DNA of 64,000 nt from Bacteroidales bacterium (GTDB lineage: Bacteria; Bacteroidota; Bacteroidia; Bacteroidales; UBA7960): assembly GCA_041690235.1 (NCBI GenBank), contig JAWLHS010000001.1, forward strand, positions 881-64,880. Reading direction: 5' to 3'. The position numbers and the translations under genes are program-made. The notes beneath the pieces were generated by a model, which saw only the letters and a program-made list of their open reading frames with translations, did no database searches and was not told the origin of the DNA. Of this stretch, positions 28,065 to 37,945 are shown piece after piece (positions within the stretch are counted from its first letter, which is position 1; each line of letters starts with the position of its first letter).

Positions 28065-28718
28065 ATGGATTGGAACGCGTTTTTTGAGTTGTTTTACGCC
28101 AATATGCTGGCCTCCACCTGGCCGGAGATAGTGGCTGTTGTTTTCGGAATCCTGAGTGTTTGGTTTGCCCGTCAGGCCAACCTGCTGGTCTATCCGACGG
28201 GAATCATAAGCACCGTGATTTATGTCTATATCTGCTTCTCCATCCAGCTATATGCCGACATGGGGATCAATCTTTTTTACACGGGTATGAGCATTTACGG
28301 TTGGTATATGTGGACCCGCAAAGATGCACTCCGGCGGGTAAGGCCAATCAGGTGGAACACCCGCAGTCAGCAGCTGCAGGGAATACTGATGATCCCCTTG
28401 CTTTTTGTGATTGTTTTCGGCCTGATTTACCTGGCCAAGCGGGATGATGCCGCTTATATGCAGTCCTATATCCCTTATGTCGACTCCTTTACGACTTCCA
28501 TTTTTTTGATCGCCATGTGGTATATGGCCAGAAAAAAGATCGAGAACTGGATTTACTGGATCGCCGGGAACATCATTTCCATTCCGCTTTATTTTGTAAA
28601 GGGACTGGTCTTTACCAGTTTCCAGTTTACCGTTTTCCTGGTTTTGGCGGTCATGGGACTGCACAACTGGATCAGGCTGTACAACGAGGGACGTGAGCGG
28701 GAACAAAAATTCCTGTAG
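28065..28718 (+). CDS. pnuC: nicotinamide riboside transporter PnuC
   Basis: 217 aa polytopic membrane protein with PnuC-typical motifs (SVWFARQANLLVYPTGIIS, LYADMGINLFYTGMSIYGWYMW, WIAGNIISIPLYF). Confidence 0.85.
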   Translation: MDWNAFFELFYANMLASTWPEIVAVVFGILSVWFARQANLLVYPTGIISTVIYVYICFSIQLYADMGINLFYTGMSIYGWYMWTRKDALRRVRPIRWNTRSQQLQGILMIPLLFVIVFGLIYLAKRDDAAYMQSYIPYVDSFTTSIFLIAMWYMARKKIENWIYWIAGNIISIPLYFVKGLVFTSFQFTVFLVLAVMGLHNWIRLYNEGREREQKFL

Positions 28719-28754
28719 TTTTCAGGGCTTCTGCAAACCCCTTACGGGCGTGGC

Positions 28755-29153
28755 TTATAACAATTCCTTCACCACGAACTCCATGACCTGGATATCTGCC
28801 CTGGACCAGTCCAGAGAAAAAAGTTCCGGCGCTGTGAACCAGGCCGTTTCGTGATGCTCGCGGGCACGAAGATTGCATTGTCTCAGGCGGCAGAGAAAAG
28901 GAATCAAAACGATGGTGGATTCGGGGTAGCTGTGGGTAAATTCCGGAAGCCTTGAAACGATGCTCACTTTCAAATTCAGTTCCTCAGCGAGTTCCCTGTG
29001 AAGACATGCCTCCTCCGATTCTCCGGGTTCCAGTTTACCACCCGGAAATTCCCATTGAAGGGGTTGACTGGAGTGGCGGCCCCTTCTGGCGGCAAACACC
29101 TTCCCTTCACGGATGATGACCGCGCATGTGACCCGGACAGGTGGTGAGGTCAT
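28755..29153 (-). CDS. Nudix hydrolase (MutT-like nucleoside triphosphate pyrophosphohydrolase)
   Basis: Nudix box GGKLEPGESEEACLHRELAEELNL. The start overlaps the pth stop (ATGA at 29150-29153). Confidence 0.85.
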   Translation of the reverse strand: MTSPPVRVTCAVIIREGKVFAARRGRHSSQPLQWEFPGGKLEPGESEEACLHRELAEELNLKVSIVSRLPEFTHSYPESTIVLIPFLCRLRQCNLRAREHHETAWFTAPELFSLDWSRADIQVMEFVVKELL

Positions 29154-29716
29154 TTCCGCTTATTGTATAAATTCATGGTGCGTTCCACCCCCTGAAGTCC
29201 GAAACTCAAAACAATCTCGCAGGCCAGGTCAAGGCTGGGCCCGATAAGCGCCAGTTCATCCGCATCCCATTTCCCCAACACATACTGTGACTGGAAGCCT
29301 TTTGGAAAATCGCTTCCGATCCCGAATCGCAGGCGGGCAAAAGCATCGCTCCCCAACATATCAATGATGCTGCCCAAACCGTTGTGTCCTCCGGCACCTC
29401 CCTTGGCACGCAAACGTAAGCTGCCCGCGGGAAGGGCGATGTCATCCGCGATGACAAGCAGGTTCTCAATTTCGATTTTTTCCTTGTCCATCCAGTAGTA
29501 AACCGGACGGCCACTCAGGTTCATGTAAGTGGAAGGCTTGATTAGTATAAAAGTCCGCCCCTTATGGCGAAAGCTGGCCTTGTCACCATAACGGGCGGGA
29601 GAAAACACGGCCTCATGCTTTTGGGCAAGCCTGTCGGCAACCATAAACCCAATGTTATGGCGTGTTTCAGCGTAGTCGGGGCCAATATTCCCCAATCCTG
29701 CGATTAGGTATTTCAA
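29150..29716 (-). CDS. pth: peptidyl-tRNA hydrolase
   Basis: N-terminal signature LIAGLGNIGPDYAETRHNIGF, plus GGHNGL. 188 aa. Confidence 0.95.
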   Translation of the reverse strand: MKYLIAGLGNIGPDYAETRHNIGFMVADRLAQKHEAVFSPARYGDKASFRHKGRTFILIKPSTYMNLSGRPVYYWMDKEKIEIENLLVIADDIALPAGSLRLRAKGGAGGHNGLGSIIDMLGSDAFARLRFGIGSDFPKGFQSQYVLGKWDADELALIGPSLDLACEIVLSFGLQGVERTMNLYNKRK

Positions 29717-29724
29717 TACGAAGC

Positions 29725-30387
29725 TTATTCGGTTTTTTCGTCGGATCCGGATTCAGCATCCCCTTCGGCATCGCCTTCAGTTGCTTCTCCCTCTTCCTCC
29801 TCAGCGCCTTCTTCCACCTCATCTCCAACAGGAGCCATCATGGCAGCCCGGGCAGATTTAACCATGGCAACCACTGAAGAAGCAGGATCCAAAAAGCTGA
29901 GTTTGTCCCTGCTCAGCTGTCCGACTTTGACAGAATCGCCAATCTCAAGTTTGGAAATATTAATGTCAATTTCATCGGGAAGATCAACCGGCAAGGCCTG
30001 AACCAGCAATTTGCGGAGTTTGATTTGCATTTTCCCCCCTTTGATCACGCCGGGACTGTCGCCGATGATATTTATGGGTACGCTGATCTTTACTGGTTTA
30101 TCAGGAAAAATCTCCAAAAAATCAACATGAAGGATCTTGTCGTTCACCGGATGAAACTGAATGTCCTGCAAAATGGCATCAAACTTCTTTCCTTTGATGT
30201 CAAGTTTAATCAGGCATGAATGGGGGGTGTAAACGATGTCTTTGAAACTGATGGCAGGGATTACAAACTGAATTTGTTCCTTCCCTCCATAAATTACGCA
30301 TGGCACCAGGTCTTCCCGGCGAAGGCGTCTAGCATCTTTTTTCCCTACGTTCTCGCGCGGAGAACCGCTCACAGATACTGTTCTCAT
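29725..30387 (-). CDS. rplY: 50S ribosomal protein L25 / general stress protein Ctc
   Basis: L25/Ctc pattern (RRLRREDLVPCVIYGG, HPVNDKILHVDF) with an acidic C-terminal tail. It lies immediately upstream of pth, as is usual. Confidence 0.9.
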   Translation of the reverse strand: MRTVSVSGSPRENVGKKDARRLRREDLVPCVIYGGKEQIQFVIPAISFKDIVYTPHSCLIKLDIKGKKFDAILQDIQFHPVNDKILHVDFLEIFPDKPVKISVPINIIGDSPGVIKGGKMQIKLRKLLVQALPVDLPDEIDINISKLEIGDSVKVGQLSRDKLSFLDPASSVVAMVKSARAAMMAPVGDEVEEGAEEEEGEATEGDAEGDAESGSDEKTE

Positions 30388-30499
30388 AATTCAAAATGGG
30401 TTAAAATAAACATTGGTCCGGGAAGCACACTGCTCCCGCAAATAAAGGATGCAAAGATAGCACTTAAACACAAAACAACCGGCATCGGGGTCAGAAAAT

Positions 30500-31444
30500 T
30501 TACAAAATGGTCGAGAATTCGAAGTGCGTGCTGATGGATTCATGGTTGTGAACCCGGTGAATGACATCCGCAAAAAGTTTGGAACAGGAAAGCACCGTGA
30601 CCTTCGGGCATTCTTTTCTCAACGGGATGGTATCAGAGACCAGCACTTCATCGAACAGGCTGTTCTGAATCAATTCATAGGCCCGGCCGCTAAAAACGGG
30701 GTGGGTGCAAATGGCCCGGACACTATTGGCCCCATTTTCCAGCATCATGGTTCCGGCTTTGACAATGGAACCGCCTGTATCGATAATATCATCGACCAAT
30801 ACGACGTCTTTTCCCTTTACATCACCAATCAGTGTCATCTTTTCCACCTCATTGGCCTTGGTCCGCTGCTTATAGCATATGACCAACTCCCTGTTCAGGA
30901 ATTTCGCGTAGGCGGCTGCACGACGTGTTCCGCCCGTATCGGGCGAGGCCATCACCAGGTTTGGAAGGTTCAGCTTTTTAATATGGGGTACGAAAATGGC
31001 AGAAGCATACAAATGATCCACCGGCACATCAAAAAAGCCCTGGATCTGATCTGCATGAAGATCCATGGTGATGATGCGGCTGGCTCCGGCCGACATTAAA
31101 AGGTTGGCCATTAACTTTGCACCAATCGACACCCTCGGCTTGTCCTTGCGGTCCTGCCGCGCATAACCGAAATAAGGAATAACAGCCACTACCTGATTGG
31201 CAGAAGCACGCCTTGCCGCATCAACCATTAACAACAACTCCATGATATTGTCTGCAGGAGCGAAAGTGCTCTGAATAATGAACACATCATTTCCCCTGAG
31301 GGTCTCCTCGTAGGAGGTCTGCACCTCCCCGTCTGAAAAGCGGGAAATAATCTCCTTACCAAGGGGCTTCCCGTATTCTTCCGCAATTCTCTGGGCCAGG
31401 TAGCGGGAAGCTGAACCGGTGAATAACTTCACATGTGAAGGCAT
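30500..31444 (-). CDS. prs: ribose-phosphate pyrophosphokinase
   Basis: ATG at 31444 (31468 is TTG). Motifs DLHADQIQGFF and VVLVDDIIDTGGS, with an N-terminus VKLFTGSASRYLAQRIA. Confidence 0.95.
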   Translation of the reverse strand: MPSHVKLFTGSASRYLAQRIAEEYGKPLGKEIISRFSDGEVQTSYEETLRGNDVFIIQSTFAPADNIMELLLMVDAARRASANQVVAVIPYFGYARQDRKDKPRVSIGAKLMANLLMSAGASRIITMDLHADQIQGFFDVPVDHLYASAIFVPHIKKLNLPNLVMASPDTGGTRRAAAYAKFLNRELVICYKQRTKANEVEKMTLIGDVKGKDVVLVDDIIDTGGSIVKAGTMMLENGANSVRAICTHPVFSGRAYELIQNSLFDEVLVSDTIPLRKECPKVTVLSCSKLFADVIHRVHNHESISTHFEFSTIL

Positions 31445-31540
31445 ATTCTTGCTTTTTGGGGTAGGCAATGATTGGACCGTTCAAGCAAAATTAGGAATAA
31501 AAACCCAATTCAACGGAAACGCCACGGGTTTTTCTTTTTT

Positions 31541-31571
31541 TTTGCCGGATCAAATGGAATGATTAAATTTG
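31541..31571 (+). promoter_or_regulatory. Bacteroidota-type promoter for tRNA-Leu (TTTG -33, TAAATTTG -7)
   Basis: TTTG at 31541-31544, a 19-nt spacer, then TAAATTTG at 31564-31571. This matches the Bacteroides TTTG / TAnnTTTG consensus and lies 33 nt before the tRNA 5' end. Confidence 0.5.
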
Positions 31572-31603
31572 CAGGCCGGATAAACGCTTCCTGTCCCCCC
31601 ATT

Positions 31604-31687
31604 GCCCGGGTGGCGGAATTGGTAGACGCGTTGGTCTCAAACACCAATGATAGCAATATCGTGCCGGTTCGATCCCGGCCCCGGGTA
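31604..31687 (+). tRNA. tRNA-Leu (anticodon CAA)
   Basis: Folded by hand. Acceptor GCCCGGG/CCCGGGT, D-arm GCG-GAATTGGTAGA-CGC, anticodon stem TTGGT/ACCAA with loop CTCAAAC. The long variable arm is GATA-GCAA-TATC and the T-arm is GCCGG-TTCGATC-CCGGC, with discriminator A. CCA is not encoded. Confidence 0.9.
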
Positions 31688-31694
31688 CTTTAAA

Positions 31695-31726
31695 CCCCTT
31701 GCAACAATTTGTTGGCAAGGGGTTTT
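31695..31726 (+). terminator. rho-independent terminator after tRNA-Leu (may also serve the convergent minus-strand gene)
   Basis: CCCCTTGCAAC (31695-31705) pairs with GTTG-g-GCAAGGGG (31711-31722), with one bulged G. TTTT follows, and AAA precedes the stem. Confidence 0.6.
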
Positions 31727-31756
31727 ATGTTTTGTGGAGCAAACAGTACACATGGT

Positions 31757-32023
31757 TTAGGTTTCTTCCGGTTTTTCCTTTCTGAATACAAGCGGGATTT
31801 GGTGGTTTCCGGGCGCACCAATCTCCATTAGTTTCCAGTCCTTGTCGTATGCCTCAATTTTTCGCCTGAGCACTTCAACACGGTCGGTTGAAGGATCCTC
31901 ACCTTCCCATTCGACAACTTCAACGCGGTATTTCAAGGTGCGTTTCCTTCCATTAATACGAACATCGATCTCAACGTTCTGCTGTGCATCCACGTCGGGA
32001 ATCAGGATTACAATCTCTCTCAT
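31757..32023 (-). CDS. small hypothetical protein (88 aa), last gene of the lipoprotein-permease operon
   Basis: The ORF starts 14 nt after the permease stop on the same strand. It is charged and soluble, and I recognise no motif. Confidence 0.5.
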   Translation of the reverse strand: MREIVILIPDVDAQQNVEIDVRINGRKRTLKYRVEVVEWEGEDPSTDRVEVLRRKIEAYDKDWKLMEIGAPGNHQIPLVFRKEKPEET

Positions 32024-32037
32024 GGGGGTAAAATGTT

Positions 32038-34521
32038 TTATTCATATTTCAGTGACTCCGTGGCATTCATCCGGGAGGCCTTCCATGCATGCACGCCCAC
32101 TGCCAGCAGGGCGATGCCCGTGGCGGTGAGCCCTGCAACCAGCAAAGGCCATATGCTTAAATCAATGTGATAGGCAAAGCCTGAAAGCCAGCGGTTCATC
32201 AGAACCCAGGCCAGGCTGGAAGCAATGGCCATGGCAATCAGGATCAGCCAAATGAATTCTCTGCCAAGCATCCTGAGCACATCGGCAAACCTGGCTCCCA
32301 GCACTTTGCGGATGCCGATTTCCCGGGTGCGCTGCTCTGCCGAAAAGGCAGACAAGCCATACAGCCCCAAAAAGGCGATTACAATACAAAGCCACGCAAA
32401 AGCCGCAAAGAAAATGCCCAGCACCTTTTGCGAATCATACATGCCGGCAATGACCTGGTCCAACACATGGTATTCCAGCGGTTGGTTAGGTGCAAAAGTT
32501 GTCCAGGTCTCCTCGAGGGTATGAATGCCCTCTGAAAAGCGTTCGCCCCTGACTTTTGCAAGCAGGTAATTGCCTGCTTGCTGCATGGGATAAAAAACCA
32601 TTGGCTCAATCGGCTTGACCAGGGTGGTATAATGGAAGTCCCTGACCACCCCGATGACTTTGCGGTTTTCGGAGCTGGTGCCGTCGGGCCAAACAAAGCC
32701 TGAGGTAATTTCCTTGCCCAGGGCATTGTCCCAGCCAAAATACCTGACAGCGGCCTGGTTGACCACCACAGCTTCCACATAATCAGTCTGGTAATCCCGG
32801 TCAAAGAATCTTCCCTCATGCATTTCCATTTCCATGAAATCCAGGAAATCCGGACTGACCTGGACCACATTTGCCGAGTAAGAGGTGTACCCGGTTTGTG
32901 TTTCTACGTTGAGGCCGTTGAACATGGTCAAAATGGAAGGAAAATAGTTTGAAACGGCCGCCTTTTCGATCATGGCACTTTGGCTTAACTGGTCCTTCAG
33001 GGTTTCTGCACCCTGTCGGCTGGCGTTGTCCTGAAGCTCCACGACCACGACATGTTCCCGGTCGAACCCAAGGTTTTTGTCGTTGATATACTTCAATTGA
33101 CTGTTTACAATCAGGGTGGCGGCGATCATGAACACAGAGATGGCGAACTGCACGATGATCAGACCTTTTTTAAGGGTAAGGGTCTTGCGGCCTGGCTGGA
33201 AGCGGTGGGCCAGTGCCTGCAGGGGGGTGAATGACGACAGGTAGACGGCCGGGTAGCCACCGGCGATCAACCCGACAAAAACGGCCACTCCAAGCAGGAT
33301 CAGCAGCAGTTGCGGATTGGAGAAGACATTGACTGATACGCTGGCATTCAGCAGGTTGTTCACTTGGGGCAGCAGGAGTTCCACCAGCAGCAGGGCCAGC
33401 AAAAGGGCCACGATGGTCGTGATGATTGATTCAACAAAAAACTGCCGCACCAGGGTACCCTTGGATGCCCCCATCATCTTTTTCACACCAACCTCCTTGC
33501 TTCGGCGCGCGAATCGGCTGATGGCGATGTTGGTGTAGTTGATGGCCGCCAGCACAAGCAGGAACACAGCGATCAGGATAAAAATCCGTATCAGTTCCGG
33601 ACTCATCATGGTCACGGCCCCCGTATCGGAAGTCATTTCATAGGGGAGCTTCGACTTAAGGTGGATGTCAGCCATCGGCTGAAAGATCAGCAGGCTTTGT
33701 TCAATCCCTGTGGAACGGGCCTGGGAGGCAATGTGGTTCTGATAAAATTCAGGCCAGGTGGTTTCCATGAATTCATCCGGGTCAAATCCTTCGGCTGCCT
33801 TTAAGTATGTCCATACCAATCGGGCCCCATGCGACGTTTCCAGCATCTGCCAGCTAGCCCCCCGCATAAATCCGGCTTCAATCAAGTGATTCAGGTGCGG
33901 CATGGTGGCCATCGAAAAAAGCCCGGTGAACTGAAAATGACTGTTAATCGGGACGTCCTCAATGACGGCGGTGACCCTGAACGAACCGGCACCCTCCAGT
34001 TGGACAGTTTTTCCCAGCGCGGATTCCTCCCCAAAATACCGTGCCGCCATGCCTTGTGTCATGACCAGTGAAAACGGCTCATTCAGCGCCTGCCCGGGCT
34101 GCCCTTCAATAAACCGGAAGGTAAAGAAATCAAACATGGTGGAATCCACCCCGAACACCCCTTCTTCAAAGAACTGCTTGTCTTCGTATCGGTAAATGAT
34201 ATTCCGGAAAAAATAGCCTGCCGGAAAAACCCTCAAAAAGTCGTTGATCTCGGGAAGCTGGCTTTTCATCAGGGGCCCCAGCGGCACAGAATTGATGGCC
34301 AGTTGCATTCGTTCCCCCTCCGCGGTCGTCAGGTCCGTGCCGACCCGGTAGATCCGGTCATGATCGGTATGGTGCCGGTCATAACTGGACTCAAAAATCA
34401 GGTACAGGAATATGAGCAGTGCGGCCGCCATCCCAAGGGCCAATCCGACTACATTGATTAAAGTGTACAGGCGCTCCTTCAGCAGCCTGCGCAAGGTGAT
34501 CCTAAACTCGTTCCTTTTCAT
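32038..34521 (-). CDS. MacB/FtsX-family ABC transporter permease (double FtsX module, no adjacent ATPase)
   Basis: 827 aa. The N-terminus ITLRRLLKERLYTLINVVGLALGMA is typical of Bacteroidota MacB-like permeases. It has two extracytoplasmic domains and two 3-4-TM FtsX bundles, and a C-terminus ending SLKYE. Confidence 0.85.
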   Translation of the reverse strand: MKRNEFRITLRRLLKERLYTLINVVGLALGMAAALLIFLYLIFESSYDRHHTDHDRIYRVGTDLTTAEGERMQLAINSVPLGPLMKSQLPEINDFLRVFPAGYFFRNIIYRYEDKQFFEEGVFGVDSTMFDFFTFRFIEGQPGQALNEPFSLVMTQGMAARYFGEESALGKTVQLEGAGSFRVTAVIEDVPINSHFQFTGLFSMATMPHLNHLIEAGFMRGASWQMLETSHGARLVWTYLKAAEGFDPDEFMETTWPEFYQNHIASQARSTGIEQSLLIFQPMADIHLKSKLPYEMTSDTGAVTMMSPELIRIFILIAVFLLVLAAINYTNIAISRFARRSKEVGVKKMMGASKGTLVRQFFVESIITTIVALLLALLLVELLLPQVNNLLNASVSVNVFSNPQLLLILLGVAVFVGLIAGGYPAVYLSSFTPLQALAHRFQPGRKTLTLKKGLIIVQFAISVFMIAATLIVNSQLKYINDKNLGFDREHVVVVELQDNASRQGAETLKDQLSQSAMIEKAAVSNYFPSILTMFNGLNVETQTGYTSYSANVVQVSPDFLDFMEMEMHEGRFFDRDYQTDYVEAVVVNQAAVRYFGWDNALGKEITSGFVWPDGTSSENRKVIGVVRDFHYTTLVKPIEPMVFYPMQQAGNYLLAKVRGERFSEGIHTLEETWTTFAPNQPLEYHVLDQVIAGMYDSQKVLGIFFAAFAWLCIVIAFLGLYGLSAFSAEQRTREIGIRKVLGARFADVLRMLGREFIWLILIAMAIASSLAWVLMNRWLSGFAYHIDLSIWPLLVAGLTATGIALLAVGVHAWKASRMNATESLKYE

Positions 34522-35015
34522 TATTTCTGTATCTCATTGATTTTCCATTCCCCTTCCTGCCGGGCCAGCGCAAACACCTTGGTGCTTTTCATGGGATCAT
34601 CATATCCGGAGTCATAATGCCAGCAGGTCTCCACCCAGGCGGTTTCCTCTGTTTCGGCAAGGGTTCCGGTTACATGAAACCCCTGGTCAGGGGCTTCGTG
34701 TATCCCAGCGAATATGGCGAGGCGTCCTGACAGTCCTGCTCTTATTCCGTTCAGATCTTGTTGGGTGGAAGCCGAAAGCAGCATATACGCATTTTTGGCG
34801 GCTTCGTTGTCAAAGCGGGGCGGGGCGGCATCAAAGAAGTTCTCACAAAACAATGCCACCACCTCCTCCGGTGTGTGCAGACACATGCTGGTTTCACCGG
34901 CTGACGCGACGGCATGCTCCGTGCGCGCGCGCGTCTTCCCGACGGGCGATTCAGAGCATGCCGGCAGGAGCATGGCAATCAGGATAAGGAAATACAATTG
35001 GTCCCTTGCTTTCAT
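34521..35015 (-). CDS. hypothetical lipoprotein
   Basis: Signal peptide with lipobox LLPAC. The stop overlaps the permease start by 1 nt (TAATG at 34521). Confidence 0.55.
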   Translation of the reverse strand: MKARDQLYFLILIAMLLPACSESPVGKTRARTEHAVASAGETSMCLHTPEEVVALFCENFFDAAPPRFDNEAAKNAYMLLSASTQQDLNGIRAGLSGRLAIFAGIHEAPDQGFHVTGTLAETEETAWVETCWHYDSGYDDPMKSTKVFALARQEGEWKINEIQK

Positions 35016-35511
35016 GTTGTCGGATGGTTTTTCCCAAGGCTTGGATACAAAACATTACAAATCACGTGCTAAGGATTACAACATGCTTATTTATAAATTA
35101 TTAAATATCGGATGGAGGGGCTGATGGTGGGACGGATGTACTGAAACGGACAGGTTTGTACGCAAACGTACACCTCAGATATCAGCCTGGAAGCACAATC
35201 GGGAAATTCACCATGCGCGTGCGCTCACGTGCTTTTCGGAAGGAGCGCGCAAATAAGAGAGCGCAGAATGGATTGTGCACAAAAAAAAGGAGCCCCGTTA
35301 AGGGCCCCTTTTCCCACAATTTATAACCACAAAACCAATTCACAATTAACCAAAATGATTCAATTGGTTTAAGCATCTCTGCTCGGAACAAATGTACCCG
35401 ATAATCTGTTGCCCCCACGGATAAAAAAAGTTAAAGCGTGTTAAATTCTGTTAAACAAGATTTTCTTGCCTGTTTAGCACGTAATTTTGTGTTGCACCCA
35501 TTTGAAAAGAA

Positions 35512-35532
35512 TCCGGACAGGGATTGTCCGGA
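35512..35532 (+). promoter_or_regulatory. perfect 8-bp inverted repeat overlapping a direct repeat, 37 nt upstream of the histidine kinase start (possible operator)
   Basis: TCCGGACA (35512-35519) pairs with TGTCCGGA (35525-35532), with a 5-nt loop. CCGGACAG occurs twice (35513-35520 and 35528-35535). Confidence 0.3.
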
Positions 35533-35568
35533 CAGAACCATTCCTGAGAATTGTCGACCATTGACTGA

Positions 35569-37191
35569 ATGAAAAAGCGGTTTATTTTCCTGGTTATTAT
35601 ATCAATTACCATTTCCCTGCTGGGTTTGATTGGAATCCAGCTTTACTGGATCCGAAACGCCGTTTCGGTCAAAGAGGTAAACTTTGATCGTGGGGTCAGT
35701 GAGGCGGTCAGCCGTGCCATATACAAGTTCAATAAAATGGAACTGACCCGCAAGGCCATGGTTCAAAGGGAAAGGGGCCAGCAAATGAATTCATTGTTTC
35801 AAATGCTGGATTCGCTCAACAGGGTGCACTACCAGCAAATGGTGGCCCAACAGCCCACTGCCGCCGATCATTTCCTGACCGACACCCTGAACCCCGTCTT
35901 CTGGCAGGAATTTCAGATGAACATCAACCTTCAGGGGGATGTTGGAATCAACCCAGCCGATACTTTACAAGGGCAGGCTTTACCTCCCTCGACCGGCGGG
36001 GGAAGGGGTTACCTGCCGGGGCCGGACCAGCGCGCCCAGGAGGACCCCTCCAGCATTTTTTTTAGCCGGAGCCGAATCATCAACGACCTGTTCGATGATA
36101 TGTTTTCAAACCGATATGCACTGCAAATTTCTGCCGAAGAGACCACAAAAACACTTGATTCCCTGCTGGGAAATGAGCTGCAAGGTCACGGAATCAAAAC
36201 GAAATATGAGTTCGGGGTGTTTAATCCGGTGATGAACACCCTTACCAGCGAGAAAACCGGAGAATACAGCGACAACCTGCTTCAAAGTCCCTACTTTTTT
36301 AGTCTTTTTCCCAACGATATTTTCCTGAATCCCGATTATTTATTGCTTTATTTCCCGGAGCAGCAGAGATACATCTTTTCACAGATGAATGCCATGCTCG
36401 CCACCTCAACTTTGCTGATTTTCATTATCATATCCTCCTTCGCATTTACCATCCTTACGGTCATCAGGCAAAAGAAACTGTCCATCATGAAGAATGACTT
36501 TATTAATAACATGACCCATGAATTAAAAACCCCTATATCCACCATCTCATTGGCCTGCCAGGCCCTTAGCGACAAAGATGTGCAAAAATCGGAAGACCTT
36601 TACCAGAGCTACATCAACGTGATTGATGACGAAAACAAGCGCCTGGGGCATATGACCGAGAAGGTTCTGCAAACTGCTTTGATTGAAAAAGGCAGGATCA
36701 ATCTGAACAAGACGGGCATGGATGTACATGAACTCATTCTGGACACCATTCGTAAGATTGGTCTGCAAGTGGAATCCCGCAGTGGTACCATCAATACAGA
36801 TCTTCAGGCCGCTTACCCCTTCCTGAAAGCAGATAAGGTGCACCTGGCCAATGTCTTTTTCAACCTGCTCGACAATGCCAACAAATACGCACCAGTCAAC
36901 CCCCGGATCCGTGTTTCTACCGAAAACTCCAGCCATGGAATTCTTGTCCATGTGGAGGATAACGGAATCGGCATAAGCCGTGCCAATCAAAAGAAAATTT
37001 TTGATAACTTGTACCGGATTTCAACGGGCAATATTCATGATGTGAAAGGTTTTGGCCTCGGACTGAGTTACGTAAAAGCCATCGTTGAAAAACACGGAGG
37101 ATGGGTTGCGGTTAGCAGTGAGCTGAAAAAAGGATCCCGTTTCACTGTTTTCATCCCGTTTGGATTTAACAACACCTCCGCATCTGGATAA
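35569..37191 (+). CDS. sensor histidine kinase (two TM helices flanking a roughly 250-aa extracytoplasmic domain; HisKA + HATPase_c)
   Basis: H-box FINNMTHELKTPISTI. ATPase motifs FNLLDNANKYAP, VEDNGIGI and GFGLGLSYVKAIVEKHGG. Confidence 0.9.
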   Translation: MKKRFIFLVIISITISLLGLIGIQLYWIRNAVSVKEVNFDRGVSEAVSRAIYKFNKMELTRKAMVQRERGQQMNSLFQMLDSLNRVHYQQMVAQQPTAADHFLTDTLNPVFWQEFQMNINLQGDVGINPADTLQGQALPPSTGGGRGYLPGPDQRAQEDPSSIFFSRSRIINDLFDDMFSNRYALQISAEETTKTLDSLLGNELQGHGIKTKYEFGVFNPVMNTLTSEKTGEYSDNLLQSPYFFSLFPNDIFLNPDYLLLYFPEQQRYIFSQMNAMLATSTLLIFIIISSFAFTILTVIRQKKLSIMKNDFINNMTHELKTPISTISLACQALSDKDVQKSEDLYQSYINVIDDENKRLGHMTEKVLQTALIEKGRINLNKTGMDVHELILDTIRKIGLQVESRSGTINTDLQAAYPFLKADKVHLANVFFNLLDNANKYAPVNPRIRVSTENSSHGILVHVEDNGIGISRANQKKIFDNLYRISTGNIHDVKGFGLGLSYVKAIVEKHGGWVAVSSELKKGSRFTVFIPFGFNNTSASG

Positions 37192-37222
37192 TGGATCATA
37201 AACAAGAACCCACCTTACCCAC

Positions 37223-37936
37223 ATGGAAAAGCCATCGATCAAAATTCTGCTTGCCGAGGACGACCCCAATCTTGGAACCATTTTAAAGGCCTATCTCGAG
37301 GCCAAAGGATTTCCCACCACCTTGTGCGTCAACGGAGAAGACGCTTACAACACTTACCTGAAAGAAAGCTTCAACTTTTGTATTCTTGATGTCATGATGC
37401 CGATAAAAGACGGCTTTTCCGTGGCCCGTGACATTCGTAAAGTGGATAAGAAGATTCCCATTCTCTTCCTCACGGCCAAAACCATGCAGGAAGACATCAT
37501 CGAGGGACTGACAATCGGGGCAGATGACTACCTGACCAAACCTTTCAGCATGGAAGAGTTGTTACTGCGCATCAATGCCATTTATCGAAGGACTTATTCC
37601 GAGAAGCCGGGGGATTCTGAAAAAACCTTTTTTCATGTTGGAAAATACACATTTGACTATTCACGACAGATTTTGAAGCTGGGAAACCAGGAGCAGAAGC
37701 TCACATCCAAAGAGGCGCAATTACTGAAAATGCTTTGTGACCGGACCAACGAAGTGCTCGATCGGTCAGAGGCCCTGAACAAGATCTGGCTTGACGACAA
37801 TTATTTTAACGCCAGGAGCATGGATGTATACATTGCCAAGCTGCGGAAATACCTGAAAGACGATCCCGGTGTGGAACTCCTGAACGTCCATGGCCGCGGG
37901 TTCAAGTTGTTGTCGCAAAGCGGGAAAAGTGAATAA
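37223..37936 (+). CDS. OmpR-family response regulator (REC + winged-helix)
   Basis: Receiver motifs ILLAEDDPNLG, CILDVMMPIKDG and ILFLTAK. The C-terminal trans_reg_C pattern reads LTSKEAQLLKMLCDR...VLDRSEALNKIW...RSMDVYIAKLRKYL. Confidence 0.9.
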   Translation: MEKPSIKILLAEDDPNLGTILKAYLEAKGFPTTLCVNGEDAYNTYLKESFNFCILDVMMPIKDGFSVARDIRKVDKKIPILFLTAKTMQEDIIEGLTIGADDYLTKPFSMEELLLRINAIYRRTYSEKPGDSEKTFFHVGKYTFDYSRQILKLGNQEQKLTSKEAQLLKMLCDRTNEVLDRSEALNKIWLDDNYFNARSMDVYIAKLRKYLKDDPGVELLNVHGRGFKLLSQSGKSE

Positions 37937-37945
37937 GACAGGTTC

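Noticed and set aside
35117-35200. GGGGCTGAT at 35117 resembles the conserved 5' end of tmRNA.
   Set aside because: No tRNA-like 3' end (T-arm plus ...CCACCA) and no tag-peptide reading frame follow within 300-450 nt on either strand. The GGCTGAT instead pairs locally with ATCAGCC at 35181.
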